Counted from the first letter of the stretch, positions 12,200 to 26,871 are shown. The stretch is 64,000 bases of DNA from Octopus sinensis (GCF_006345805.1 NC_043008.1:63426001-63490000); one strand, 5' to 3'. Notes: generated from the sequence alone by a model not told the origin. Made by a program: numbers and translations.

Positions 12200-14696
12200 G
12201 TATTAATTAAGGAAAGCAAATATCACGTGGTTTGATTTTCACTGGTGCTTCATATTTCGTCGAAAGGGTGCCATAATTCGAGTTAGCGTCGAAAACGATG
12301 ATTCACATGTAGCTGTGCTAGATCCAAAGGTTAATACTGCGCCATACAAAAGATAAACATTTGGAAAGGCCTCCTGTGCAATACGTAAAGATCCAAAAAT
12401 ATGAAGCAGTGTCATCATATTTTGTTTGGAAATGTATGCTTTAGCCACAGTAAGTTCAGAAAATAAGGCCGATTTATCACAATTAACTAAATTGCTCAAT
12501 GGTTTTAAAGTATCAAAATCCAAAAATGTCTCAGACGTTGGTAGTAAACTTGCCAAGGAAGAAATATACTATCGTTTTGCTCGGAAAATCTATTATCTAG
12601 CTCTCCCAAGCTTTTGTCAATGATTGCAAAATAAATTTTGTGATAAAAGGTTATCCAGTCATCTTGTGAAGGTACCAGGGCTTCAAAAACATAATCTGAA
12701 AAACGTCTCGACCCACAAGCTTTTCGACACATGCGTACCTCAATAACGTTGAATTGACTCATTTGTTTCTCAGTTTGGTTATTTCACTCTTGGCAATCTT
12801 AAGAAGCCCAAGGCCATGGTATATATCACATTTGTGACTCTGTAGCTGTTTGTCTACTGGTCTAATTATAAGTAGAAATTTGCTAAGAACAAGGGCTAGA
12901 AAAACAAACCTTGGGGAATGAACTTGATGTAAAATTCCAGTTTCCTCTACACACATTTTTGATTCTGACGGATCTGTGCATTCAGTTAGCAAACCAAGAA
13001 TTTTGGAGTGATCTTCTATTACAGAAACATTGGTAGTGAAATGACCCGACCACATATGCTCCATAGGACATGGCAACTTCAATCCTTTGCAGAGACTAGC
13101 TATCTTTGGCCGTTTAATAAAATTATGAAGAATATTAACAGTGTCGAAGAATGTAGCTAACTCCGGAATCCGCTTTATTGTGTTAACTATAACAAGATGC
13201 AACTGATGATTAAGACAATGAACATAAGGAATATATTTCTCAAGTCGATTCTGAATCTTTCTTTGAATGCCATCTATTTTGCTAGACATCACAGAAGCAT
13301 CATCAAAGCATTGTGACAACATATGCTTTGGGTCAATGCAAAGATTGGTTAATTCCTTAATTATCAAGTCGGCCAATGTTTCAGCATCATAATTTTGAGT
13401 AGTTGGCATCGCAACTATTCCAGAACTCTACCGGTTTTTAGAACCTAATAACAATTACAAAATTGTCAGTATTACTCAAATCACACGTTCCGTCACATTT
13501 CAGCATAAAATAAGGAACATCGGAACATTTTATTTCATCGAACACGAGGCTCACAGTGTGTCTTCTCAACAATTCAATGATTTCATTTTACATTGCTACT
13601 GAGGTGTAGGTTGCATTTTTTAGAATTGTGCTGTAACATTCCATTAGCTTTGAGTCTTTCTCTAATGTGTACTAGAATAATTTCATAAAAACACCACAAG
13701 GCTACATGTCATCTTCCGAATAAAGATCCTGAAAAACTTCATTTTCGTTTCCTCGAAAAGGCAATTCGTTTGTTCAAAGAAAATTATCAATATCAACAAC
13801 GGAACTGATAAAATAACGGTATTTGCTCAACTGATCATTTTGCAAGATTGAAGACACGGATGTTGTGGATAAATGCTGTTGGCGTTCCTTCCATGTTACC
13901 ATAGCTTGGATATGGAATGCCGAGTTTGCGTGCTTATTTAAACCTTTGTTTGTTTTTTTTCTTTTGCATGATGCCAATTAGAATATCCAGTTTTAATAAA
14001 ACAAGTATCCGCTTGAACAGAAGTATTAAAGTGCCGACAAGCAAAATAAAACAAGGCTTTCTTTGAAAAGATAATACTCCAACCATGGACGACCAGTATA
14101 CCAGCTTGACGAGAAGTCACGCCTCTGATTTCCATACATTTTTCGATCAAACTTTGCTAGAACTGGCTGCACTGGTTGGCAGTTGACCTGTCCTAGATCA
14201 TCCAGTGAGAGTGTCAAAGACTTTGCAAGACCTCCCTTGAGCTGCAAAACTTCGTTTGCAATTCTCTTCTATTTAGTATTATTAGATGAATCAGATTGGA
14301 AATTCAGCAATGATTGCTTCAGTTCTCTTTTTCGGTCGTGATTCATAATTTTTGGGTACTGATGTTTGCAATAATTAATTCTATGGAAGAATATCATTGT
14401 AAGAGTAACGATTTCTTAAAATTTATGTATTTTTAAATTAAACTCATAACAGATTTCAGTTCAATTTTTTTTTTCCATTTCTTCAAAGTTATGCTTCTTT
14501 TAGTTAGACACAAAATGATTTTAGTATAAACTTTGTTCAAAGTGTAAGAAAAATTATTCGGTGAAAGTACTCACATGAAAAATCCTTTCTGAATGTATAT
14601 TTTGGGAAATTTCAAAAATTTTCTTTCCTTTGTCGCGAATAATAATCCTCTCTGACTAGTAGAAATAAAATAACTTTTTAATATCCATCTCTGTTC

Positions 14697-14732
<36 letters not shown>

Positions 14733-14995
14733 GTGTAGTGATGCATTTATTACCATAAATCTCTATCTACAGCAACAATTCTTCACATACTTTTCAACAG
14801 CAACAACGACAATCACCAGCACCACCGACGCCATCGCCACCATGACCACAACAACAACAACAACTGACCCAGCGTCAGCCACTCCTTAATTCAATCCATA
14901 GTTGGGTCAGTAGCCAATTCTGTAACAACAATTACAGATTCTAACTGGGGGTGCCGAGCACCCCATAGCACCCCCTCCCCGTGGCTCCGTGCCTG
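12200..14995 (-). mobile_element. Decayed hAT DNA transposon (ZMYM1-like: TTF zinc finger, DUF4371, hAT dimerisation domain)
   Basis: Fragmented ORFs: RRDFSSSWYTGRPWLEY/FACRHF/GYSNW (TTF), QCFDDASVMS...YVHCLNHQLHLV, and FPNV...STATCESSFSTL (hATC). GC-rich terminus CAGGCACGGAGCCACGGGG at 14995. Confidence 0.9.
12239..14247 (-). pseudogene. Frameshifted hAT transposase pseudogene
   Basis: Split over ORFs 14026-14247, 13938-14150, 13774-13977, 12759-13409, 12505-12762 and 12239-12556. Confidence 0.85.
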
Positions 14996-15029
14996 CATCC
15001 ATTGCTTAACTTCTTTTATCTTTTATCTA

Positions 15030-15555
15030 CCACTTGTTTTGCTTATTAGATTATGGCCATGCTGGAGCACTGCCTCCAATTCTTAGTCAAATGAATCAGC
15101 CCCCCCCCCCCCGTTGTTTATTTCTTTAAAATCCAGTTACTTGTTCTACCTGTCTATTTTGCTAAACTGCTAAGCTACAGGGACGTAAACAGACCAGCAC
15201 CAGCACCAGTTATCAAGCTGTGGTGGGGAACAAACGCAGATAGAAATATACAAATACACACACATACACATGCACATATATTCTTTTATTCGTTTCAATC
15301 ATTGGACTGCAGCCATGCTGGAGCACCACCACTAGTCGAACAGATCGACCCCAAGACTTATTCTTTGTACGCCTAGTACTTATTCTATCATTCTCTTTTG
15401 CTGAACTGCTAAGTTACGGGCTTCTTTCAGTTTCTATCTACCAAATCCACTCAGAAGGCTTTGGTCACCTTGAGGCCATGACAAAAGACACTTGCCCAAG
15501 TTGCCATGCAGTGGGACTGAACCCAGAACCATGCGATTGGGAAGCACAAAACTAT
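15030..15555 (-). mobile_element. Two partial family C SINE copies in tandem (15030-15250 and 15285-15555)
   Basis: Repeated GCCATGCTGGAGCAC tail blocks; the second copy lacks the internal microsatellite region. Confidence 0.7.
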
Positions 15556-16069
15556 GCTGGCTAACTTTATTTTATTGGGCCAGAGAGATGAAGGTCAAAG
15601 TTGACTCCAGCCAGATTTGAATTCAGAATGTAAAGAGCATGAAAAAAATAACACAATACATTTTTTTCTGATTCTCCAACGATTCTGGGAGCTTATTACC
15701 AAAAAATCGATTATCCTTTTTAATAGACACAAGACCTGAAATGTTGTGGGTAGGGGCCACTTGATTATACTGACCCTTGTGCTCAACTGGGACTTATTTT
15801 ATCAACCCTGAAAGGATGAAAGCCAACATTGACCTTAGTAGAATCTGATCTCAGAGTATAAAATGAAATAAAGGAAAAAGGCAGCTGAAATGCCACTAAG
15901 CATTTTGTTTAGCATGCTAACAATTCTACCAATTAACCATCTTTGTCTGAACATCAATAATAACAAGAATAAAAAGAACAAATTTCTTTGTTCTGTTGTT
16001 CTTTTACCAACAGAAATATTTGGCAGTGAAATTCCTTGATAATGTTGGATTGCTGTGTTTTCATGGGAT

Positions 16070-16969
16070 AGCAGCTACCCAAAAGTAACCGGGAATGTTC
16101 TCTGTGGAACAAACCCATTATAGTTCAGGCTTCTGCTGCTAGAAGCCACTTGATGCAACCCTCAGGCATTAGTCTCCTGACCAGTATTGACGACTACTGT
16201 TGTATTGTCATGCAGTGTGTCTTTGCTTTGCAGTGTTTCTTCCCTGTTCATCTATTTTTGCAATGGCTGAAGTAAAATTCTGTTTTCTACTGGGAAAACG
16301 GTGGCTAAAACAGTTGTCATGCTTCAAATGGCTTACACAGACACTGCCATGGGCAAAACACAAGCTTATGAGTGATTTCCATGCTTTAAGAATGGTCACT
16401 TGTTGCTTGAAGACCAACCTCATTCAGGATGACCATTGACTTTCCGAATAAATTAAAACATCATGAAAATTCATAAACTGATCTTGGAGTACCATCACCA
16501 AACAATTGACAAACCTGGTTGATATGACTGATGTGTCCTGGAGCTTCTGCTAATGAATATTGAGTGATGAATTGCGAATAAAAAGAGTTACAGCAAAATA
16601 TATGCCTCACTTGCTTACGGAAGATCAAAAGCAGTTATGTATTGAACTGAAAGAACAGTTGGATGTATTGAACTGAAAGAACAGTTGGAAGTTGATCCAC
16701 ACCATTTTTTTTGAAGGTCAGCACTGGTGATGAAAGCTGGTGCTATGGAATTTGCAGGTGTGGAAAAGGTGAAGGAAAAATCAACAGAGGCGTTAAAAGG
16801 TATCACTTCGCAAGTGTTCCATCACTGCTTTGAATAGCGGAAGATGTACCTAAATTGATGCATTGTTTCAAATGGAGAATACTTTGAAGGCAATAAAAGT
16901 GTAAACATGTAAAACTGAGTAAATAAAATAATATTGCAAAATTCCGATTTCTTTTGGGTACCCCTTGTA
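16070..16969 (+). mobile_element. Internally deleted mariner (Tc1/mariner) transposon remnant
   Basis: With frameshifts it reads VKFCFLLGK...TVVMLQMAY...EDQPHSG...RVTAKYMPHLLTEDQK...TGDESWCYG, then jumps to the C-terminal NGEYFEG. Inverted termini TACCCAAAAG.../...CTTTTGGGTACCCCTTGTA. Confidence 0.85.
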
Positions 16970-17429
16970 TTTGTTAGTATTGCTGTTTTGCCCTCAAGTA
17001 AACACTGATACAGCAGGCCAATATGATAAAAGTCATCACTGAAGCCGTAATTATCAAATCATTTAAAGTGATTTCTTTATACAATGTATGCTTTGATTTT
17101 TTAATGAATGAAGGCATGGCAGGAATGGCTATGTGGTTAAGAAATCTGTAAGTGTATCTTGCACCTCAATGATTCCATGGGTAGTTTTTGTCTGAACTGC
17201 TTGGTTCGCACATCTATACAACTATACATTATAAGACAAACTGAAATGGTAAGAAGATAATGACAAGGAGCATACTTAAAAGTCATCTGAGTATGCGCAT
17301 TCTGCAACTATGATGCAAGATAATTAACTGCACAGCATCTTACCTATGATCTACAGGTGCAAGAAGAGTCAAAACAATTGTAGAGATTTTGTATAAAGAA
17401 TTTCATGAATTTCATTTTCTGCCTCAGAT

Positions 17430-17555
17430 CTATTGAGATATATATACAGACACATATATGGATATGTATATGTGTGTGTGTGTTTCTGTGTGTCTGTATG
17501 TATATATAATTCCCATATATATATATATACCAATTCATGTGTTCCTTTTCAACCT

Positions 17556-17617
<62 letters not shown>

Positions 17618-17790
17618 CATGTATATATGTATGTATATGTAATTATGTACATATGTATATGCATATATATATTTATATATATATCTGTGTGTGTATAAGT
17701 GTATATCTACATCTATTGTATATCTATACATATATGTATATAAACACAATATACAACACACACGCATACATACCCATACACAGTAATGCT
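17430..17790. repeat. Compound (TG)n/(CA)n/(TA)n microsatellite
   Basis: Directly visible. Confidence 0.9.
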
Positions 17791-18334
17791 TTGTGCATCA
17801 GATAATTTGATAATAAATTAAGGTAAAGACAACATAAAAATAGAAGGTAAGCTTAGAAGACGGAAGGAATAAACTGGAACGGTAAGGTGAGAGATAAGAA
17901 GATTTTTGTAGAAAATTCAGGCAGGCAAAAATATAATGAATTTTTCTCAAGGAAAATCCTGCCTCAAAAATAAATTTTATTGAAAGAGAAAACCAACCAA
18001 ATTAAATAATTGAATAAATAAAATTTTTTGAAAAATATGTTTAAAGCTTTTTCTTCTCAAAGAAGCTTATTAGTATGGTTTAATAATATCAGGTTATAAA
18101 CAAGCAATAAACTAAACAGCCTCAAAGTTTTGTAATATTTCCATCAAAACAACAAATCGATTTGTTTACTAAAGAAATAATATATTTTTCTCTGTCTCTT
18201 AGTTTCTGACTTTCATTTAGTTATAAATATTTCTTTTTGGTAACTTCTCAATAAAAAATGTGTTTTTTGCCTAAAAACAGAAATATAATTATGAGAGAAT
18301 AGGAATAAGGATAAAAAATATTAGTAATAATAAT

Positions 18335-18510
18335 AAAAATCCTTTTCTACTATAGGTAGAAGATCTGAAATTTAGTGAGGAAGTAACTTGTTGATTTCAT
18401 TGACTCCAGTGCTCAGATGGTACTTCTTTTATTGAGCCTAAAATGATGAAAGGCAAAGCTGACCTAGGTGAAATTTGAACTCAGAATGTAAAGACAGACA
18501 AAATACTATC
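18335..18510 (-). mobile_element. Degenerate family B-like SINE; similar remnants at 15590-15945 and 46525-46740
   Basis: ATGATGAAAGGCAAAGCTGACCTAGGTGAAATTTGAACTCAGAATGTAAAGACAGAC is homologous to the family B body. Confidence 0.6.
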
Positions 18511-19289
18511 ACAGCACAATAAAATACAAAATAAGCAACTACAAATAAAGAAAACCTGGTTGGAGTGCAACAGATATGTGAAGTCATATATTACCCTGTG
18601 TGTAAACATTAAGAACATTATTTTACTAAATTTCTAAATTATCATTTTCTATGACAGAAAAAACAAAACATGATCCATGTATTTCCTCCAGATTGTAAAT
18701 AATTTCATCCTCACTTTAATGATTGTCTCTCATTGTCTTTCTTTATAATTAATAGGTTACAGATTAAATCATGCTGAAGGCTTTTAAAAAGAATGAAATA
18801 AAACCATGTTTGTTCACCACCAACTCCAAAAAATTTTTGTAACAGGTAATAAACTTTAAGTAAGAACATAAACTCTTCTTCCATTTATTCTTTAATTACA
18901 AATTCAAAAGTTTTAATCTTCCTTTGTGTTGAAATGAGACAGGTATCTCCCTTGTATTCACATTTATGTGCAGAGGGAACTACAAGTAATCAAGAAGTAA
19001 TCAGTAAGGTAAATTCAAAACATATGCACATGAAATAGATTTGTCAGTCCCAGTAACTTTTCATGGTATTAATTAGATATAATTACCTCTCCCTCTTTCT
19101 TTCATTATATCACCATTCTTGCTACCACTTCAAGTGTTACATAAATAAAGGGTTGAGAGTTCAATTGTATTTTTGGGTGTTCGTTGTCATGATATTTCAA
19201 GAGTCAATTGAAAACTAAGTTTATTATTCAAACTTCAGAAATTGTCATCTAATAATGTTGTTCATCATCTATATATTATCATTATATTA

Positions 19290-19430
19290 TCATCATGTTC
19301 ATATCTACTTTTCCATGCTTGCATGAGTATCAGATGAGCATATGTTAGGAAAGTGTTTTCTCTGGCTAGATGCCTTTCTTGGTGCCAACCACACTGGTTT
19401 CCAATTGAAGAAATAATTTTCCAGTTTATT
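19290..19430 (-). mobile_element. Degenerate SINE remnant, family G (related to F); others at 2590-2690, 37690-37830, 54490-54570 and 56500-56590
   Basis: Shared TTTTCCATGCTTGCATG and GATGCCCTTCC-like blocks. Confidence 0.5.
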
Positions 19431-19689
19431 GAATAACAAATATATCAGACACGATTATGCAGAGAAGTGGAAGCAAACAGCACAATATGAATGAGAATTT
19501 TATTCTCAAAGATTATGCAACATGTCAGGCCATGTCAAGCTATGTCAAACCATGTCAAAAGCCCATGTGTGCTTTCACAGTAGTTTGTAAGCAAATGACA
19601 CCATCAATGTTTAGATGTTCTGAATACACATGCAGAGAAAAATGTCAACTACTAACTCACTAACACACACACACATACATATGTGAATA

Positions 19690-20235
19690 CACACAATCAG
19701 TTTCTTTCTACAAAATCCACTAACAAGGGTTTGGTTGGCCCAAGGCTACAGCAGAAGATGCATAAGGTACCACAAAGTGAGACTGAATCCAAAACGACAT
19801 CGATGGGAAGTAAGCATCTTAACCCTAGAGCCATGCCTGTGCCTAGCATGTATAATAAATGGAGAGCTGTTTCTCTAAAACCCAGTGTACATGAGCATGG
19901 GATACCTATGATGGTACATAATTCTACTCTTAATTCTTGAGTGTAAGGGGATAACTAATGTTTGTACTTGACCTTCCCAACCAGAATACTTAATGACACT
20001 CATCACACAAAATGTGTTTAAATGAAAATTATTAAATAGAAACAACTGAGAATTAAGTATTATAATTAAGTAATATAGGCGTATAGGACAATTAAGTATT
20101 ATAGACATAGGAGTGGCTGTGTGGTAAGTAGCTTGCTTATGAACCACATGGTTCCAGGTTCAGTCCCACTGGTGTCTTCTATTAAAGCCTCGGGCCAACT
20201 AAAGCCTTTTGAGTGGATTTGGTAGATGGAAACTT
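19690..20235. mobile_element. Two 5' halves of family C, head-to-head (19690-19845 on -, 20104-20235 on +)
   Basis: Both match the family C head and the AAAGCCTTGTGAGTGGATTTGGTAG block. Confidence 0.7.
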
Positions 20236-21473
20236 CAGCAACTTAATGGTGAATTTATCTGAAATGTAATGGAAAAATCAGTCAGTTTAAAAACACTGAT
20301 GTCCAGGTCACAAAGCAAAGTTTGAAGGGAATAGTAGCCATTTCCTTTGATTTCTATATAGAAGCAAATAGGCAATAACACTTACTGGCCAAAGATAAAA
20401 GAAAAAATAGAAATTTTGTTACACATTCCAATCATTAGTGCACTTATGAAAAGAGATCGGTCAACACAGTCTTAACAGCTACAACCTGCAGAAGAACAGT
20501 AAAAGTATACAAGACTTTCTTAAATTTTACTATGAAATAATTTTGGTTGATATCATCCAAATTGTAGTAATGGAACATTTGCTTTGTTGCTACAAACATT
20601 TTCTTTCTAAGAAGAGCACTATTAAATAAATAAATAAATACGAATGCATACTCATACACACATGCATGTGTGTGTATATAGTTTCATATTTCTTTAAATT
20701 TTTGAAGTCTGAGGCAAGAGGTATGTTTATTCATTTACATTGTTTTAATTTCCAATTGTAAATATATTAAGGCTTTTGTTTACCTGTTGTCGATATATTA
20801 ACAATTATTTGAAAATATTTTTCATATTCGTGATTTTCCTTTAATAATTTATTCTTAATATCTATATTTGTTCAAAGGATTTCTTCAAGTACTTGTTAAT
20901 AAATGAATTCATTAATATTTCTATGAGATATATGTATAGTTCAGAGTGACATAGCAAGACATAATACTGAATTTATACAATAGACATTCACTGATATTTG
21001 CGAACAGCAAGCTAGCACTCTGTAAACTTATTTACTATTTTTTTACACCTAACTTTTGTTATGAGTTTTAATAATTTCGAAAGAATTAATGCATTATTTT
21101 CACATTAATGCTGTTGGCCGTTTCTTCCAAAAAAAAAACAAAAAAAAAAAAAAACAACCCTGGCAAGAATGTGCTTGAGTGTGTTCGTGCATACTTGTGT
21201 GTGTGTGTGTGTGTGTGTACACGTGCATGCATCTGTGTGTGTGTGCTCAGGTTTGATGATTTTGGCTTCTTTTGCGTTTTAATCAATAGAAAGCCTGAAG
21301 AATTTACCAGTGTTTTAGAAATTCTCTGACTTTTAAAGATATGCTTTAGGACGACTGTTTCAATTGGAAAATCTACTCTGCAAACTTAAGAGATGATAAA
21401 TAGCATTTATTTATTTATCTATCTTATTATTATTATCATTATTATTTTCTTATTCTTCTTCTTCTTCTTCTTC

Positions 21474-21507
<34 letters not shown>

Positions 21508-22713
21508 TATTATCATCACTATTATTTTGTGCTTTATTTCACTTTATATTCCATTCTTTCCAAATCAATAAACAGAATAAAGCTATTTTCTTCGTATGAG
21601 TTTCCAAAACACTTGGAATGCACAACTCAGTATTTCTATAGTTTCTTTGATGTTTCTCTCATTTAAGAATAGATTTCAAACAGTTCACTGGTTAACTGCA
21701 TAATATTCCACCTATGTGCATGGCAACTGTTACAATTCAAGCAAAACCTGCATTGATATTAACTATGTCCCAGAAAGAGGGAATGCATCTCTTTTCAAAT
21801 GTTCCATTTTTGTCATAGCTGAAATACATTTCATTAGAATTCTTTATTCTTTAGAGTGGTATGTGAAAATACTAGATAGCAACTGAATCACACACAAAAA
21901 CATTGTCAGCTCATATTCTCTCATAACAAAACTTGTTAATCACAGCGTAACATTTATCCACGAGAAAGCCTTCCAGTTAATTTTAGCGTAAAAAAGATAT
22001 AGTTTACTCAGATATTTGCAATCGCTTTGTAGCAATGGTCAAAAATTGGTGCAGCCAAGCACAATTCAAGAATACACAACTCTCATCTTTCAGATAGATA
22101 ACATAAATTCTTCATTCTTAATTTTTTTTTTTTTTTTTTTTTTTTTCCATCTTCCTTAGGAATTCTCCTTGCTCATTGAACTAATCAGATAAAATAATAT
22201 TCAACAATTGTCCTCTAGTAAAACTCAGCTTCTATTTAATAATATATCATGCCAATAATTCTGAAGCTTTTAGGTTGTTTTTCTTTTTTCTGAATTAGAT
22301 TGTACTTCAGTTATATGTATTCCAAGAATATTCCTTTTCCTTCCTCTTCTTATTTTTGTTTCTTCCTCCTGAATTAATGTTAACTAAATATTCATTAATA
22401 TGTTATATCTCACGCTAAGTTTGTGTTTACTTAAAACTTCCTTGTTACAGCCAATCATCTTTATGGCATAGCATCCTCAGTTATTCGCAGCTCCTTTCAC
22501 ATTTAATTGTAGTAAATCATAATTCCAGATCATGCTAAATATTGATCTCTGAAAGAAATGGCTTTAAATATTCCAGATTCATAAAACTTAAATCAATAAC
22601 GTGATTACTGGCATACGAAGAGGAGAAACTAAATAAAATATATATTGTTATATTTTGCTTTTGTTCTTTTTTTGTTGTTGTTGTTGTTGTTTTCTTCTCT
22701 TTTTCTTTTTGTC

Positions 22714-22747
<34 letters not shown>

Positions 22748-23197
22748 CCGAACGGTAATTAATATTCATAATTCTGTTACATATCTTTCATAATTCTTAA
22801 CTATTTTTACATCCATCATATTTTTGGGAATTCTGCTTTGTGTGTGTTTTAACATTTATTGTTGTCATGCACAAATCATCACCACCATTGTCATCGTCAT
22901 CATCATCATCATCATCAACATTATTAGCATCATCATCGCCATCAAAAACAACCTTCCCACACACGTAACACCACCACCACCAACAACAACAACACCAATG
23001 CTGCTGCCAACACTATCAACATCATCATTATCGCTATTTCTATTTCAATGCTCATATTTCATGGAACATATCAGGAGATTTCTTTCAAATAGCCTTAAAT
23101 TTTAACATTTCCTCTGGTAAAATTAACTGGCTTTTGTGAGGAATAACAAACCCAGCACTATCCTTTCATAATCAGTCTAGTTACAGACTATTACTAA

Positions 23198-23413
23198 TTA
23201 CTCTTTTTACTCTTTTACTTGCTTCAGTCATTTGACTGTAGCCATGCTGGAGCACCACCTTTAGTCGAGCAAATTGACCCCTGGACTTATTCTTTGTAAG
23301 CCTAGTACTTATTTTATTGGTCTCTTTGCCAAACCGCTAAGTTACGGGGACGTAAACACACCAGCATCGTTGGTCAAGCGATGTTGGAGGGACAAACACA
23401 GACACACAAACAT

Positions 23414-23456
<43 letters not shown>

Positions 23457-23622
23457 TACGATGGGCTTCTTTCAGTTTCCATCTACCAAATCCATTCACA
23501 AGGCTTCGGTTGGCCTGAGGCTATAGTAGAAGACATTTGCCCAAGGTTCCATGCAGTGGGACTGAACCCAGAACTGTGTGGTTGGTAAGCAAGCTACTTA
23601 TCACACAGCCACTCCTACGCCT
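23198..23622 (-). mobile_element. Family C SINE, full length
   Basis: Colinear with 6208-6704; internal (CA)n(TA)n. Confidence 0.88.
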
Positions 23623-23854
23623 ATTCACAAGACTTTATGTAACAAAACATTGGAAGTCAATGAATCGTGTGAATATTGCTTTGTGTCACAAGATTTCAAT
23701 GGATTGAAACAGAATTCACTTAGTTAACATATGGACTTCATTTCCTTCTCATTGTGTGACACATTTGCTGGATGATTATTACTGGAGTCTCAGGCTGACT
23801 AATGCCATGTGAGTGAAATTGATTGATAGAAAGTATATGTAAATCCAGTGTGTG

Positions 23855-24175
23855 TGTGTGTGGTAACAAGTATTTTATTTTTCAACCACATAGTTCCAGG
23901 TTCGCTCTCTCTGCATGGCACCTTGGGCAAGTGTCTCCTACTATGAAATCCCATGCCAACCAAAGCTTTATGAGTGGATTTTGTAGATGGAAACTGAATG
24001 AAGCCCATTGTATATCTACCTATGTGTGTGCATCGTTGTATCTGCTTTTGAGCCCCCACCACCAACACCACCACCACCACTTGACAACTGGTGTTGGTTT
24101 GTTTATGTCCCCTGTAACTTAACAGGTCAGCCTAAGAGATTGTTAGAATAAGAATCAGTCTTCTAAAACCAAAAA
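23855..24175 (+). mobile_element. Family C SINE, degenerate
   Basis: GGCACCTTGGGCAAGTGTCTCC...GGAAACTGAATGAAGCCC...TTGACAACTGGTGTTGG. Confidence 0.7.
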
Positions 24176-24259
24176 ACAAGTAAACTTAAATATTGGAGTT
24201 GATTTGTTTGAGTAAACCATTCAAAACTTACTTATACATTTATACCTATACATATGTAC

Positions 24260-24525
24260 CATGTCAAAGTGTGTGTGTGTGTGCGTGTGAGTGTATGGGT
24301 GTGTGTGGTGCGTGTGTGTGTGCGTGTGTGTGTGTGCTTGTGTGTATCTGTGTGTGCATGCGCATGTGTGTGTGTGTGTGTGAATATGTATTTTCTTTTG
24401 TTATTTTCTTTTACTTGTTGCAGTCACTGGACTGTGAAATATTGAGTGTGTATATATCTGTGTGTGTGTGCATGTGTATGTGTGTGTGTATGTGTGTGTG
24501 TGTGTGCGTGCATGCATGTGAGTAT
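24260..24525. repeat. (TG)n microsatellites
   Basis: Directly visible. Confidence 0.9.
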
Positions 24526-25062
24526 GATACAAGAAATGCTTATATTCTTTGCAGTGCATGGAAAATGCTGAGCTATAGACAGTAATATTTGTTAACATGC
24601 CCTGTCAACAGACCCTACCTCTAGTTCTGCCCACATTGATGGTTTTTGAATGTAGGGGATCTTGCAAGCACAAAGTGGATTCGATCCACCACAATCAAAT
24701 TTAAATTAATACTGCAGCAGAAATTTTCCCATGGTGGAACAATGGTTTTTCTCTGACAGCAGTTTTACATTTTACAGATGCCTTTATCTAGGCTGAAATA
24801 ATGTCTTCACCACTTCACCCTTTCTAACCTCTTCTACTTCACCAAAAGCTAGAATAGAGATAACAAGACCACCAACTAAATCTATTGTTCTCAATGATAT
24901 GTCTATACTTCTGGATCGTTATAAAAGCAAGCATACCCCAAGCAAAAATGAGTTAGTCACAGTCGTTGAAGACTCAACCAAGTAGTCACTTTGATGACGA
25001 CGAAGTCTGGCTGACCAGCTAGAACCTTGGTCAGAGGGAGCATAATAATAATAATGATGATA

Positions 25063-25493
25063 ACCACAGATTTGCTTGTCAGTTGTTTGACCTTAACCAG
25101 TTGAGCATGTCCCTTAGTGGCAGATGATATGTGCATCTCTGATCACGAGTAGTAGTAGTGGGGGAGCATCATAGCCATGTGTTGAGAGGGATTCTTTGTG
25201 TTTGAATAATTCACCTCTGGAAACATGGGTGTTTCGTTCAACATCCTTAAGCAACACTTATTCAGGGACCTTTTGAGCAGGAAGGGTTACTCGACCAGAA
25301 GAAAATTCTAACTGGGCCCCACCTGCAAGGTCATGTGCTGTTTATCTTGATATGAGATCACCATGTCGCGCACACATGCTTGTGATGCATGTGCCTGGTG
25401 TACCCTTATCAAATGGGTTGTCATGATGGGTATAGTGGGCTTCGTATATTTTAGCGCAGCGCCACTTTGCTGGCATGCACTGGTCTCTCACTC

Positions 25494-25529
<36 letters not shown>

Positions 25530-25570
25530 TATGATTATGATTATTATTATTATTATATTATTATTATTAT
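25063..25570 (+). mobile_element. Family E repeat, 5'-truncated, with (AAT)n tail
   Basis: Reverse complement of 9904-10340; ends CTCTCACTC(AAT)n. Confidence 0.8.
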
Positions 25571-26699
25571 AATGGTTGCTCCCATTGATTTCGATGTATG
25601 AATCATTGAAGGAGAGAATTAGAAGGAAAGATGAGAGAAGGAGAAAACAGCTTTCAAAAACAAAAGAAAAACAAGAAGCTGCATCTACTTATGATGGATG
25701 CTTGAATGTAATCTGACTTCGGGTATGGATTTTGGTATGAAGGTGCAATGAGGAAAATGGTGATTTTGATTTTGCCTGGAATTGGGCAAATGCATCTGTT
25801 GATTGCAGGATATGGTTCTTTTATTGTTTGTCTGTTTTTTCCTTCAGCTCAAATTGTTTTGATGCATCATGACACATTTCATGCAATGCAGAACAATCTA
25901 GGCGATGACTTTCCCCGAAATGTCAAGTTAAGCTTTAGAGATTTTTGTGATTGCTTCAACAACAACAATAATAACAACAATAACAATAATAATACTAATG
26001 GCGATGATGATGATGATGGTGATGATGATGATATGCTTTTTTTCAAACAAAAGGGAATTAGAACTGACAATCTTATGGTCAGTAGTTTTGCACCTTATCC
26101 TCACAGCTACAGAACTGCTGTTTTAGTTTTAATTAGAGAGTTGGCGAGTTTATTTAATTTAATGGTATCTCAGATAATTTCATCAGCTAATTAGTTGATT
26201 TTGACACCAGGGTGAGGAATTGAAATGATATTTTAGCGGCTGACAGCTGCAGGTACTGTTTGCCCACTGCAAGCTATTAAGACAATTAGATCTGAATATC
26301 AATTGACTTAATCAAATTTCAACAAATACTAACTCAATTGATATACTTATTCAGCATTATATAGGATTTGATAAATATCTGGAAGAACCATACCAATATA
26401 GTCCCTTCAAGAATCTCTTGTATAAAATATCTTTCAGATTACTGAGCTGGGGTTCATTAGCCTCACATGTTGATTGCCTTCTCAGTCAATTCTTAAGAAA
26501 TGCTGAATGTCTTAAAATAGAAAGGATTTAGCTGGAAAACAAAATAGATAGAAAATGGTATTTTCGGGGTTAAATGAAGAAAATAAGATTTTCTCCAATA
26601 TCATGGGAACATGGAAACAGTGTCAAATTTTATCATTGGCATCAGTGCCATTAATCTAAAAATTGCAATATATAATTATAATGTAACTGTTCAGCATAA

Positions 26700-26871
26700 A
26701 TGCATGTGTGTGTGTGTGTGTGTGTGTATGTGTGTGTATACATGAGTGTGTATATAAGTCTATATGCATACATAGGCAAATACACACACATACACACATA
26801 TATATACACGTATGTATGTATGTATGTATATATACACATATATATGTATATATATATATATATATGTATAT

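Noticed and set aside
16636-16690. 28-bp tandem duplication inside the mariner remnant
   Set aside because: Ordinary slippage in a dead element with no further interest.
21750-22110. Short peptide-like open frames on both strands
   Set aside because: Several frames are equally open and the splice sites are weak, so no exon can be chosen.
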